Positions 16,520 to 24,919 of a stretch of 62,215 nucleotides of DNA are shown here, in pieces; within the stretch, counting starts at the first letter, position 1; each line of letters starts with the position of its first letter. The stretch spans positions 1 through 62,215 of the forward strand of contig JADZEV010000003.1 in assembly GCA_020850295.1 (NCBI GenBank), read 5' to 3'. The notes below the pieces were generated by a model, which ran no database searches, had not been told where the DNA came from, and saw only the letters and a program-made list of their open reading frames with translations. The translations under genes and the position numbers were made by a program. Origin of the DNA: Candidatus Nomurabacteria bacterium. Lineage in GTDB: Bacteria; Patescibacteriota; Minisyncoccia; Phycocordibacterales; UBA9973.

Positions 16520-16625
16520 CACTATTTACTTTACGGTAAATTATAATTGCAATAAGTATGGCTACTATAAAAAAGCCATATTTTTCAATAAACTTTTTCA
16601 TAAGCTTTTTCTTTTAGAATACTAT

Positions 16626-17489
16626 TTATTCAGAAAGTGTCAAATCAAAGTTGTATTTAGTAAGCTCTTTCGAAATATCTTCTTCGCTCAAAGTCATAGT
16701 ATACGGATCTTCTACCAAAAGCTTCCAAGGTGCAGTATCTTCATAGTCATACTGACCAAAGATAAGCACCGGTGCTCCTTGTGAGATTATTTTATCCTCT
16801 TTTGAGAGTTTCCACTGTTCTACCCAATCATAAAACCATCTAGCATCTGAAGATGAAAGTCTGACACATGAATGTGATGCTGGGTATCCAGGTAGCTCAT
16901 ACTCATGAATTCCTATACCATCGAAGTTATCGATATTTACATTCCATTTTAGTATCCACTCATCATTTGAAGTACTGACTACTTCTTTACCTTTCCAGTT
17001 GGCATGAAATAATCCATTTTTTGTGGGAGTAGACTTTTTACCACTACTTAATCCTCCGAACCGGACAAGTTTACCGTACTCATAAGCCCCAAATTCTTGT
17101 ATTTCTTGAGAAATAATCATCATTTTAGGAACAGCTTTTAATTCTTCAATACTTCTAGGAAAAGAAGATAATGAAAATAAATCGTCATATCTATCTGGGT
17201 AGACTAATGTCATATCTTTTTTGATATGATTTTTATCTATTCTGTTTAGAGATAAAACAGCATCTAGATTCTTATCTTCAACCAAAGAATTTAATTGCTC
17301 CTTAGGGTTTTCCGAATCAAGCACAACACTAAGATAGCTAATTGGTTTTATTTCAGGCTTTAAAACTTCTGGAACTATTTCCGGTATCTTAATTTCTTGA
17401 GGAATGGTTTTATCACTTTTTAGTAATAAAAATACACAAAATATAAAAAGTACTAAAACTACTGCATTTGATATATGTTTTTTATTCAT
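16626..17489 (-). CDS. L,D-transpeptidase (YkuD domain), membrane anchored
   Basis: Signal/TM N-terminus and catalytic GIGIHEY..GYPASHSCVRL motif. Confidence 0.8.
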   Translation of the reverse strand: MNKKHISNAVVLVLFIFCVFLLLKSDKTIPQEIKIPEIVPEVLKPEIKPISYLSVVLDSENPKEQLNSLVEDKNLDAVLSLNRIDKNHIKKDMTLVYPDRYDDLFSLSSFPRSIEELKAVPKMMIISQEIQEFGAYEYGKLVRFGGLSSGKKSTPTKNGLFHANWKGKEVVSTSNDEWILKWNVNIDNFDGIGIHEYELPGYPASHSCVRLSSSDARWFYDWVEQWKLSKEDKIISQGAPVLIFGQYDYEDTAPWKLLVEDPYTMTLSEEDISKELTKYNFDLTLSE

Positions 17490-17536
17490 ACTTATAGCTA
17501 TATTGTATATGAAATTGATAGGCTATAATAGAGTAT

Positions 17537-18283
17537 ATGAAGCTAATAACACTTAATACTTGGGCCGGGAGAGAAAAAGAACCTTTTGATAAATTTATTA
17601 AAGATCACAGGGATTTTACTGATATATTTTGTTTCCAGGAGATATTTAATGATCTCGATGAGGAATATAGTATAGACGAAAAAGGTAGAAACAGGCATAT
17701 ATTAAAAGAAATAACAGAAATATTAGTAGATTTTAATGTCTACTTTTGTCCTGTTATAGAGAATGTTTATGGAATAGCTATATTTTTAAAAAAAGGTATG
17801 GAAGTTGTCGCTAGTGGGGAAATAATGCTATATGAAAATCCTTCTTATGAGCCAGAGGGTGAAAATGGTGATCATAATAGAAAAATGCAATGGGTACACA
17901 TTAAAAAAGATAGGAAAGATTTTATTGTAATGAATGTTCACGGCCATTGGAATCCAAAAGGTAAGCTTGATACAGAAAACACAATAGAACAATCAAAAGC
18001 AATAGTTGAATTTATTGAGAAAACAGGGAATATACCAAAAATATTAGTAGGAGACTTTAATCTCTTACCAGAGACACAAAGTATAAAAATGCTTGAACAA
18101 AATTTCACAAACCTTATAACTAAGTACAATATCCTTACGACTAGGACAGAACTATATAAAGGAAATGATAAACACGCAGATTATGCATTTGTATCGTCTG
18201 AGATACTTGTAGAAGGGTTTAAGGCCTTGCCTGATGTGGTTTCTGATCATGCTCCACTAGAGCTCCAATTTGATGTTTTTTAA
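17537..18283 (+). CDS. endonuclease/exonuclease/phosphatase (EEP) family protein
   Basis: ITLNTW, CFQE, GDFN, SDHAPL motifs. TATAAT ends 7 nt before the ATG. Confidence 0.75.
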   Translation: MKLITLNTWAGREKEPFDKFIKDHRDFTDIFCFQEIFNDLDEEYSIDEKGRNRHILKEITEILVDFNVYFCPVIENVYGIAIFLKKGMEVVASGEIMLYENPSYEPEGENGDHNRKMQWVHIKKDRKDFIVMNVHGHWNPKGKLDTENTIEQSKAIVEFIEKTGNIPKILVGDFNLLPETQSIKMLEQNFTNLITKYNILTTRTELYKGNDKHADYAFVSSEILVEGFKALPDVVSDHAPLELQFDVF

Positions 18284-18365
18284 TTAAATTTGACAAATAT
18301 ATAGATATATTGCTTATTAAGTAGCAGGGGAGAAATATTACTTTTTTAGAGTAATATGTCGTTAT

Positions 18366-18908
18366 ATGAAAGACATAACCAACAGAACAATCCTGACAGC
18401 CATGATAATAATTGGGGCTATTATAGCCCTAATGATAGTGCCTTTATACCCGGACAGCCCATCTGGTTTCTCTAACAGAAACTTAGGAGCAACAGCATTT
18501 TTTGGTAGCTCAGATTCAAACTATTCTCCATACCTAAATACAAATTATCCAGTAACAGCTTTTAGAACAAGTGCTACAGACACTGTAGTAACAACTCAAA
18601 CAGTGCCTCAAACAACAAGCTATACTACTTACACTTACTCTTATCCAGAAACAACAACTGATACTTATTACTACAACAATAATAATGTTTATGATTCTTA
18701 TGGATGTAAGGTAGGTTCTAATTACAGTGTTACTACAGGAATGCCTTGTTATGGCTATAACAACTACAATAATTATGGGTACAACTATAATTATAACTAC
18801 AACAATGGTGGATACTACAGTAATGGGGTTTATGTAGATCAATACGGTTGTGGTGTTGGAATAACTTACAGTGTGACGACAGGTCAATATTGCTACAATA
18901 GATACTAA
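18366..18908 (+). CDS. membrane-anchored Thr/Tyr/Asn-rich protein with two Cys-bracketed 17-aa motifs
   Basis: One N-terminal TM helix, then low-complexity T/Y/N sequence. The motif occurs twice: GCKVGSNYSVTTGMPCY and GCGVGITYSVTTGQYCY. Confidence 0.6.
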   Translation: MKDITNRTILTAMIIIGAIIALMIVPLYPDSPSGFSNRNLGATAFFGSSDSNYSPYLNTNYPVTAFRTSATDTVVTTQTVPQTTSYTTYTYSYPETTTDTYYYNNNNVYDSYGCKVGSNYSVTTGMPCYGYNNYNNYGYNYNYNYNNGGYYSNGVYVDQYGCGVGITYSVTTGQYCYNRY

Positions 18909-18913
18909 ATAAT

Positions 18914-18941
18914 AAACCCTCCGTAGAAACAGAGGGTTTTT
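18914..18941 (+). terminator. intrinsic terminator
   Basis: AAACCCTC / GAGGGTTT stem followed by a T run. Confidence 0.8.
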
Positions 18942-19108
18942 CATTTGAGTGCTTAAGGGTCTAATTTGTCTCAATGATTAACGACTATAAACATGGCTAG
19001 GATTTAAGCTTTAAAAATAAAGGGTATTTTTACTCTGTATACATTACCGTAAAGATATATTGTGCGACACTAATATAATTTTTAGGCCTGTACTCCCTAG
19101 TGTACAAA

Positions 19109-19915
19109 TCACTGAAATGTGGCAATACAATTATTGAACTCTTTTACTTGAGAATTATAAAAATTAATTTTTTGTTTAGAGATATTTAATTTATTGTTAT
19201 AGTCAACAACTTTTTTATTAAAGAGTTTTATACTTTCGTTGTAATTTATATTGTTTGAAGCTCCTGGTTCTTCTAATATTTTTTTCAAGGTATTTATTTC
19301 CCTCTCCTCTTCTTTAAGACTGGCATTAATCGAATTGATTTCTTGTTTAAGTGACGACTCTATTTTAGGACAAACAGATTTATTGGTACCAAAATGTTGG
19401 ACAGCAAACCAAACTTCTTCTTCTTTGTACAATCCTTTTTTTACTGAGACACCAATCTCTTGATAATTTTTATTTAAAATATTTGCTCTATGTCCAGGAC
19501 TATCCATCCAGGCTTGTACTATCTCTTCTGAACTTCTAAATGTTCCTAGTGCTAAATTCTCTCCTATAATTACATATTCATAACCTACTTTAGTTGCTAG
19601 GTCAGAAACACCTTCCCCACTTGGAGATTGGTGCTCAAAATATTGAAGAGCTATCATATCGTCAACTTTTAATTCTGCTGAATCATTAAGATTAATATTT
19701 ACTGAAAAAGGAGAAAGTCCATTTAGCACTCTTTCTTTATTTGTAAGCTCTATAATATCTACTGCATCTATATTAAATCCTATAGTTTGTTTAACTGAGA
19801 ACTTGCTAGATAAAACACTTAAGCTATTTCTTGGCCCTCCTGCTTTTTCTGAAGCAATCCATAAAAATGGTACTCCTATAAAAAATATTAAAATAATTAA
19901 AATTCTTTTTAACAT
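19109..19915 (-). CDS. CAP/SCP (YkwD-like) domain protein with C-terminal coiled coil
   Basis: Signal anchor, then HQSP.G......GEN...G......VQAWMDSPGHRANIL...YQEIGV. Confidence 0.7.
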   Translation of the reverse strand: MLKRILIILIFFIGVPFLWIASEKAGGPRNSLSVLSSKFSVKQTIGFNIDAVDIIELTNKERVLNGLSPFSVNINLNDSAELKVDDMIALQYFEHQSPSGEGVSDLATKVGYEYVIIGENLALGTFRSSEEIVQAWMDSPGHRANILNKNYQEIGVSVKKGLYKEEEVWFAVQHFGTNKSVCPKIESSLKQEINSINASLKEEEREINTLKKILEEPGASNNINYNESIKLFNKKVVDYNNKLNISKQKINFYNSQVKEFNNCIATFQ

Positions 19916-20328
19916 GATCCTTTACTGTATCCTTGTAGATTAGCATCTTCGACACTTTGGAACCAAATATAATTTTCTGGTTTTATTCTATTTGTACCAG
20001 AACATCCTGGGGTATAGTATTTGGTACCATTTTTTGAACCCACAAACATACCTTTTACTTCTTCAGTATTACCCTCCTCTCCTGGCGAGATAGCCGGTGT
20101 ATTTAGACTGTCACCAGCTTGCAATAATAGCTGAGTATTTTCTGGAATAAAAGAAATTTTTTGTTTTTCTAAAATAGTATTTGGGCAAGAAAAAACTATA
20201 TCCTTATCTTTATTACTTATAGTGTTCTCTCTTCCCTCTTGATAACCCAAATAAAAGGAAAGTCCTACTACAATAGCCAGGAATGAAAGAAAAAACCATA
20301 AATAATGTTCTTTTATAAACTGAGTCAC
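19909..20328 (-). CDS. membrane-anchored protein with C-terminal Cys-containing (sunset/Ada-Zn-like) module
   Basis: TM N-terminus and C-terminal KYYTPGCSG...IKPENYIWFQSVEDANLQGYSKGSC. Overlaps the next gene by 7 nt. Confidence 0.5.
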   Translation of the reverse strand: MTQFIKEHYLWFFLSFLAIVVGLSFYLGYQEGRENTISNKDKDIVFSCPNTILEKQKISFIPENTQLLLQAGDSLNTPAISPGEEGNTEEVKGMFVGSKNGTKYYTPGCSGTNRIKPENYIWFQSVEDANLQGYSKGSC

Positions 20329-20415
20329 AATTATGCTTATTATACCTTAAAAACCCTTGATTTAATTAGTTAAAATTGACAAAAAAAGGGTATATTGAGA
20401 AATATTAGTATTTTA

Positions 20416-20444
20416 TTGACAGAAAGGTATATTTGAGATATATT
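20416..20444 (+). promoter_or_regulatory. promoter of rpmA
   Basis: TTGACA (20416-20421), 17-nt spacer, TATATT (20439-20444). A degenerate copy of the same module lies 40 nt upstream (20376-). Confidence 0.55.
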
Positions 20445-20478
20445 TTAGCTCTAAATTAATATTATTTCTTAAGAAAAT

Positions 20479-20757
20479 ATGGCACATAAAAAGCAAGGAG
20501 CAGCATCGAAAAACTTAAAAGATTCAAATCCACAGTATCTTGGAACTAAAATATATGATGGCGGGAAGGCTACAGCTGGAGCTATTATTGTGCGCCAGAG
20601 AGGAACAAAAATACTTGCAGGTACAAATGTAGGTATCGGTAAAGATCATACTTTGTTTGCTCTAAAGGAAGGAGTAGTAAAATTCTCTAATAAAAGAAAG
20701 CTTAACTTTGATGGAACTACTAGTACTAAAAAAACAGCTAATATAATAACTAAATAA
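20479..20757 (+). CDS. rpmA: 50S ribosomal protein L27
   Basis: [23 protein letters not shown]....[11 protein letters not shown]...[12 protein letters not shown]. Confidence 0.95.
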   Translation: MAHKKQGAASKNLKDSNPQYLGTKIYDGGKATAGAIIVRQRGTKILAGTNVGIGKDHTLFALKEGVVKFSNKRKLNFDGTTSTKKTANIITK

Positions 20758-20758
20758 T

Positions 20759-20787
20759 AAAAACCCTTGTTAAATGCAAGGGTTTTT
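20759..20787. terminator. bidirectional terminator between rpmA and rplI
   Basis: AAAAACCCTTG / CAAGGGTTTTT. Overlaps the rplI stop codon. Confidence 0.8.
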
Positions 20788-21231
20788 ATTATATTCACCT
20801 TCTACTTTGATTGATATAGTGGTCTTATAATCCCCTTCTTTTATTAGAACACTATAAGATCCAATATTTTTTATCGGTTTCTCTAATACGATATTTTTTT
20901 TAGAAATACTTATACGGTGTTTAAGAAGTTCTTCGACTATAGTTGTTTCATCTACTTTTGAGAAAAGGTGGCCTTGATCATTGGCTTTGGCTTTTATTTC
21001 TAGAGTTGTATCTGGTAAAGCTTGTATTGCCTTTTCTAAAAGTTCATTCTGAAAAGCTTTGAAGTCAGAATCAGACTGTTTTTTGCGTTTTAAAGATTCT
21101 AAGTTTTTTGGAGTTGCAAGTATTGCTAGTTTATTTGGAAAGAGCGAGTTGGTAGCATAACCATCGCTAACCTCTACAACATCCCCTGTTTTCCCTACTT
21201 TTGGTACTGATTTTGTTAAAATTACCTTCAT
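20770..21231 (-). CDS. rplI: 50S ribosomal protein L9
   Basis: MKVILTKSVPKVGKTGDVVEVSDGYATNSLFPNKLA. Confidence 0.9.
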   Translation of the reverse strand: MKVILTKSVPKVGKTGDVVEVSDGYATNSLFPNKLAILATPKNLESLKRKKQSDSDFKAFQNELLEKAIQALPDTTLEIKAKANDQGHLFSKVDETTIVEELLKHRISISKKNIVLEKPIKNIGSYSVLIKEGDYKTTISIKVEGEYNKNPCI

Positions 21232-21233
21232 AT

Positions 21234-22454
21234 TTATTTAAAGAAATTTATAGCTTTTTCTAACTGAACATCTTTGTTTTCATCTTGGTTTGGATCTAAT
21301 TTTATATTTGGAGTAAGCCCACTATCTGAAATGGAAATACCGTTTGGAGTGTACCACTTTGCGATAGTTATTTTTATAGAAGTATCTCTTGTTAATTTCA
21401 TTAGTTCTTGAACTGAACCTTTACCAAATGTTTGAGTTCCCATAAGTGTGGCTACACCGTGTTCGCTCAGGGCTCCGGCCAAAATCTCTGAGGCAGATGC
21501 TGAGCCTTTGTTAACCAAAACTACCATTTTTATTTTGCCATTAAAAATACCTGGGCCTCTACTTTTGTGAAGCGTTACATCTTTATCTGTTTTACCTATT
21601 TCTTTAACTACTACCTTCCCTTCTGGTAGGAACCATCCTGCCATAGAAACTGCTGCGTCTAAATATCCGCCTGGATTATTTCTCAAATCAAGAACTAGAT
21701 TTGTATAACCAGAATTCACAAATTCATTAAGCGCGCCTCTAAATAATTCTGGCGACTGAGCAGAAAAGCTATAAAGCTTTATAACGAAGACTCCATTTTC
21801 TGGATGTTTTTCTGTGTCGATAGTAGGAATAGATATTTTTGCTCTGGTTATTTTTATGTCTTTGATTTGTGATAAACCTTCCCTAACAATAGATAAAGTG
21901 ACCGTTGTTCCAGGCTCTCCTCTTATCATAGAAATAGCTTTGTCGATACTAATACTAGTACTATCTGTTCCGTCTATTTTAACTATCTTGTCTCCTGACA
22001 AAATCCCTGCTCTAAATGCTGGAGTGTCTTTAAGAGGAGCAACAACGGTCAATAAGCCATCTTTTTGACCCATTTCTATACCTACGCCACCGAACTCACC
22101 CGAAATCTCGCTTTCGAAAGCCTTACTTTCTTCTGGTGTAAAAAATGTAGTGTAAGGATCCCCGAAAGAAGCAAGCATACCTTTTATCGCTCCGTATACA
22201 TGGTCTTGATTGTCTGTTTTGCTAGCCTCAGGATATTTTTCCTTTACAAGTTGCCAAGCTTTCCAAAAAGGTTCAAAGTCTGTGTTTGTAGATAATTCCT
22301 CTGGGGCATCTTTATTTATTAATCCCACTACTTTCTGGGAAGCTGGTCTATTTTCAAAACCAACATAAACACCAAACAAGAAAAAGCCTATAAGACAAAG
22401 TAGCCCTATAAAAATATTAAAACCTTTTTTTATGTGATTTGTTGTGGGTTGCAT
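21234..22454 (-). CDS. ctpA: carboxyl-terminal processing protease (S41, PDZ-containing)
   Basis: PDZ (AGILSGDKIVKIDG) and S41 core (LDLRNNPGG, VLVNKGSASASEI, GKGSVQ). The ATG at 22454 lies 1 nt after the upstream stop. Confidence 0.85.
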   Translation of the reverse strand: MQPTTNHIKKGFNIFIGLLCLIGFFLFGVYVGFENRPASQKVVGLINKDAPEELSTNTDFEPFWKAWQLVKEKYPEASKTDNQDHVYGAIKGMLASFGDPYTTFFTPEESKAFESEISGEFGGVGIEMGQKDGLLTVVAPLKDTPAFRAGILSGDKIVKIDGTDSTSISIDKAISMIRGEPGTTVTLSIVREGLSQIKDIKITRAKISIPTIDTEKHPENGVFVIKLYSFSAQSPELFRGALNEFVNSGYTNLVLDLRNNPGGYLDAAVSMAGWFLPEGKVVVKEIGKTDKDVTLHKSRGPGIFNGKIKMVVLVNKGSASASEILAGALSEHGVATLMGTQTFGKGSVQELMKLTRDTSIKITIAKWYTPNGISISDSGLTPNIKLDPNQDENKDVQLEKAINFFK

Positions 22455-22455
22455 A

Positions 22456-22674
22456 TTAACCAATCATTGTGCCTTGTTGTCCTTCTAATCTTTTTAGTTT
22501 GAGCCTAAGCGTTTTAACGCCTCTCTTAATACCAAATGCTAACAAAATAAGGCCTATACCTAAAACAAAGAGTATTGTATTTTTTATATTTCTTGGAAAA
22601 CTCATAACTGGGAGCAATGCAACCAAGAGTCCTATAAATAACAATAGTTTAATTTTACCGTTCATAAATAACAT
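22456..22674 (-). CDS. small two-TM membrane protein
   Basis: Hydrophobic 72-aa ORF. The start is placed at the first ATG downstream of the rsmI stop. Confidence 0.45.
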   Translation of the reverse strand: MLFMNGKIKLLLFIGLLVALLPVMSFPRNIKNTILFVLGIGLILLAFGIKRGVKTLRLKLKRLEGQQGTMIG

Positions 22675-22702
22675 TGTAACAAAATCAGAGCTAACTTGGT
22701 AG

Positions 22703-23383
22703 TTATATAGGAGAAACAACACAAACAAACTCACCTTTCAATTTACTAGGGTTATTTTGATAATAATCTAAATGCTCTTTTGGAGAACCCCATTTATATT
22801 CTTCAAACATTTTAGTCATTTCTCTACCAATAAAAACCTCCCTATTTTCTATAGTTTTGTTTAACTCCTCTAGTGTTTTAATTATTCGGTGAGGTGATTC
22901 ATAAAAAACTATTGTATGTTTTGTATCTTTAATTTTCAAAAATAATGTTTGTCTTCCTTTTTTATGAGGGATAAATCCTAAAAATTCAAAATGATTGCAA
23001 GAGTATCCACAAACTGACAAAGCAGATATCAACGCAGATGCTCCTGGCACAGAAACTATAGATGCATCAGGGTAAAGTCTGCGGAATTCAGATACAAAAA
23101 AGCTTCCCGGGTCAGATATAGCAGGAGTTCCGGCATCAGTAACTAAGGCTATATATTCATGCTCGGAACAGCGTTCTAAGGTCTTTTTTAGGGCACTTTC
23201 TGAGCTTTGGGCGTGACTAGAAACAAATTCTTTCTGACCCCCAATTTCAAGCAATTTAAGTAATTGCCCGCTAGTTCTAGTGTCCTCTGCTACTATCAAA
23301 GTCGCCTGTTCCAAGACCTCTTTGGCCCGGAGAGAAATATCTTTCAAATTCCCTATTGGAGTTGCGACAACAGAAAGATTCAT
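22703..23383 (-). CDS. rsmI: 16S rRNA (cytidine1402-2'-O)-methyltransferase
   Basis: VATPIGNLKDISLRA...AEDTR...DAGTPAISDPG (tetrapyrrole-methylase fold, RsmI). The start is set to the ATG at 23383 because the longer track ORF runs into the tRNA gene. Confidence 0.85.
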   Translation of the reverse strand: MNLSVVATPIGNLKDISLRAKEVLEQATLIVAEDTRTSGQLLKLLEIGGQKEFVSSHAQSSESALKKTLERCSEHEYIALVTDAGTPAISDPGSFFVSEFRRLYPDASIVSVPGASALISALSVCGYSCNHFEFLGFIPHKKGRQTLFLKIKDTKHTIVFYESPHRIIKTLEELNKTIENREVFIGREMTKMFEEYKWGSPKEHLDYYQNNPSKLKGEFVCVVSPI

Positions 23384-23386
23384 ATG

Positions 23387-23458
23387 TGCGTGTACTTGGA
23401 ATCGGACCAAGGACCTCTGTCTTATCAGGACAGCGTTCTACCACTGAACTATACACGC
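23387..23458 (-). tRNA. tRNA-Ile (anticodon GAU)
   Basis: Hand-folded 72-nt cloverleaf: GCGTGTA/TACACGC acceptor, GTTC/GAAC D stem, CTGTC-CTGATAA-GACAG anticodon arm, CTTGG-TCCGATT-CCAAG T arm. CCA is not encoded. Confidence 0.9.
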
Positions 23459-23469
23459 ATGTGCGATTT

Positions 23470-23497
23470 ACTATACCAAATTTTCAATCTTTTTCAA
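23470..23497 (-). promoter_or_regulatory. promoter of tRNA-Ile (and probably rsmI)
   Basis: TTGAAA (23497-23492), 16-nt spacer, TATAGT (23475-23470), about 11 nt before the tRNA 5' end. Confidence 0.5.
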
Positions 23498-23513
23498 CCT
23501 TAAAACTTCAGTA

Positions 23514-23588
23514 AATTATTGCAATATACTTTGTGCCCCGAGGACTCTGCGTAGGCATCCGCAGGAAACAAAACATATTGCAATAATT
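23514..23588. repeat. long AT-rich stem (14+5 bp) enclosing a GC-rich 33-nt core; probable prfA terminator
   Basis: AATTATTGCAATAT..TTTGT / ACAAA..ATATTGCAATAATT. The core contains a CTGCG-8 nt-CGCAG hairpin. Confidence 0.7.
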
Positions 23589-23596
23589 AATAAATA

Positions 23597-24538
23597 TTAG
23601 TCTTCCGAGTCACCCTCTCCTAGTTCACCACTTTGAAGCGCGTCAACAATCTTGTCTATTTTCCCAAGCATTATGCCTTCAATATTTGAAAAATTTTGAC
23701 GAATACGATGATCGGTGACCCTGTCTTGAGGAAAGTTATAAGTACGAATTTTTTCACTTCTATCAGCTGTTCCTATTTGAGCCTTTCTGTCTCCTGAATA
23801 TTTTTTGGCTTCTTCCTCTTCTTTTATTTGTTGGAGTTTAGCTGTTAATATTTGCAGTGCTTTTTCTCTGTTTGCTAGCTGACTTCTTTCGCTAGTACTA
23901 CGCACATCTATACCTGTTGGTTTATGAATAAGCCTAACTGCTGTTTCAACTTTGTTTACATTTTGCCCTCCTGCTCCCCCGCTTCGAGAATACTCCATAT
24001 CCAAGTCTGCCGGATTTATTTCAAAGCTCACTTTTTTGCGAATTGGTAAAATAGCAACAGAAGCAGTGGAAGTATGTATTCGTCCATTTTTTTCTGTTGC
24101 TGGTATTCGCTGAACTCGGTGCACACCTGTTTCAAATCTAAGTATTCTGTAAACATCTTTTCCTTTTATCTCCAAAGTATAAGAGTCTAAAAATTTTGTA
24201 CTCCAACCTTTACTACTTGCAAATCTTTCATACATAGAAACAAGCTCTGTTGCAAAGATAGACGCCTCATCTCCCCCAGCTCCAGCTCGAACTTCTAAAA
24301 TAATTTCGTTTGGGAATTCCTCCTCTTCCTTTTCACTCTTAGCAATAGCATCGAACTGTTCTTCTAATGCTTTTTTTTGTATAGAAATAGCCGATCTTTC
24401 TTCCTCTATCATAGAGGCCAAAGAGCTATCACTTTGTAATAATGTCTCTAACTCTGATTCTTGTGCCAAAAGAGACTCGTATTGAGATGCGAGGAATTGA
24501 GTTTTTGGATTATTTTTTAGGGATTCGATATCTACCAT
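23597..24538 (-). CDS. prfA: peptide chain release factor 1 (short N-terminal domain)
   Basis: PAT tripeptide (RVQRIPATE) and GGQ ([11 protein letters not shown]). At 313 aa, domain 1 is about 25-30 aa shorter than in E. coli RF1. Confidence 0.93.
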   Translation of the reverse strand: MVDIESLKNNPKTQFLASQYESLLAQESELETLLQSDSSLASMIEEERSAISIQKKALEEQFDAIAKSEKEEEEFPNEIILEVRAGAGGDEASIFATELVSMYERFASSKGWSTKFLDSYTLEIKGKDVYRILRFETGVHRVQRIPATEKNGRIHTSTASVAILPIRKKVSFEINPADLDMEYSRSGGAGGQNVNKVETAVRLIHKPTGIDVRSTSERSQLANREKALQILTAKLQQIKEEEEAKKYSGDRKAQIGTADRSEKIRTYNFPQDRVTDHRIRQNFSNIEGIMLGKIDKIVDALQSGELGEGDSED

Positions 24539-24566
24539 AATAATTACTTAGCAATTTACCATAAAT

Positions 24567-24603
24567 AAAAACCCTAGAGTACAAACAAGACGCTAGGGTT
24601 TTT
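24567..24603 (-). terminator. intrinsic terminator after rpmE
   Basis: AAAACCCTAG / CTAGGGTTTT stem with a 15-nt loop, and a T run on the minus strand. Confidence 0.7.
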
Positions 24604-24605
24604 AT

Positions 24606-24863
24606 TTATTTCTTTTTTGCACTTGCAGCTCTTCGTTTGTTGAACTTATCAACTCGTCCAGCAGTGTCTATAACTTTTTCTGTTCCAGTGAAAAATGGGT
24701 GCGAAGCACTTGAAATTTCTACTCGGTAAAGTGGGTATTCCTTACCTCCTACTTTTGTAGTTTCTGTGGTTTCTACTGTAGAACCAATGATAAATTGTGC
24801 CTCAGACGAATTGTCGAAGAAAACTACTTCTCTAAAGTTTTTTGGATGTGTATCCTTTTTCAT
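24606..24863 (-). CDS. rpmE: 50S ribosomal protein L31 (type B, no Zn cysteines)
   Basis: MKKDTHP....V.F.D......F..GST......[13 protein letters not shown]......[11 protein letters not shown] at 24863. Confidence 0.9.
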   Translation of the reverse strand: MKKDTHPKNFREVVFFDNSSEAQFIIGSTVETTETTKVGGKEYPLYRVEISSASHPFFTGTEKVIDTAGRVDKFNKRRAASAKKK

Positions 24864-24919
24864 AGGCAATCATTCTAGCATAGCCAGGATTTTTTTCAAG
24901 TGTTTATGATTTTTGCTTA

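Noticed and set aside
16449-16601. Minus-strand ~50-codon ORF beginning MKKFIEKYGFFIVAILIAIIIY (TM-like), downstream of the L,D-transpeptidase.
   Set aside because: The frame runs straight through the bidirectional terminator and into the antisense strand of lexA, and it has no Shine-Dalgarno or -10 context. A short membrane peptide cannot be excluded, but the support is poor.
16509-16784. 91-aa plus-strand ORF after lexA.
   Set aside because: It starts inside the lexA terminator, overlaps the 3' end of the L,D-transpeptidase gene antisense, and has F/Y/K/N low-complexity composition typical of AT-rich noise.
18534-18974. 146-aa minus-strand ORF antisense to the T/Y/N-rich gene.
   Set aside because: It is an artefact of the low-complexity repeat (I/V-rich mirror frame). 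The plus-strand ORF has a TM anchor and a terminator.
18943-19108. 165-nt non-coding gap after the 18366 gene terminator, checked for sRNA, tRNA or a small ORF.
   Set aside because: It contains only very short ORFs and a weak 5-bp hairpin (TGTAC..GTACA). A TATAAT at 19074 has no matching -35. Nothing is supportable.
19109-19111. Possible UGA recoding, as in some CPR lineages (code 25).
   Set aside because: TGA terminates ORFs at sensible positions, for example 19109-19111 and 45941-45943 (the latter inside a terminator hairpin). Conserved proteins show no in-frame TGA, so the standard code applies.
22065-22295. Plus-strand ORFs (21814-22068, 22065-22295, 22469-22702) opposite ctpA and the small membrane gene.
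   Set aside because: They are antisense to genes with clear homology or operon packing, and have no regulatory context.
23559-23567. CGCAGGA / TCCGCAGGA motif shared by the hairpin cores at 14894, 23559, 31134 and 56149, considered as a repeat family.
   Set aside because: It also occurs inside coding sequence (33401-33409). About seven hits against roughly two expected is not convincing from one window. It is mentioned within the findings but not called as a family.
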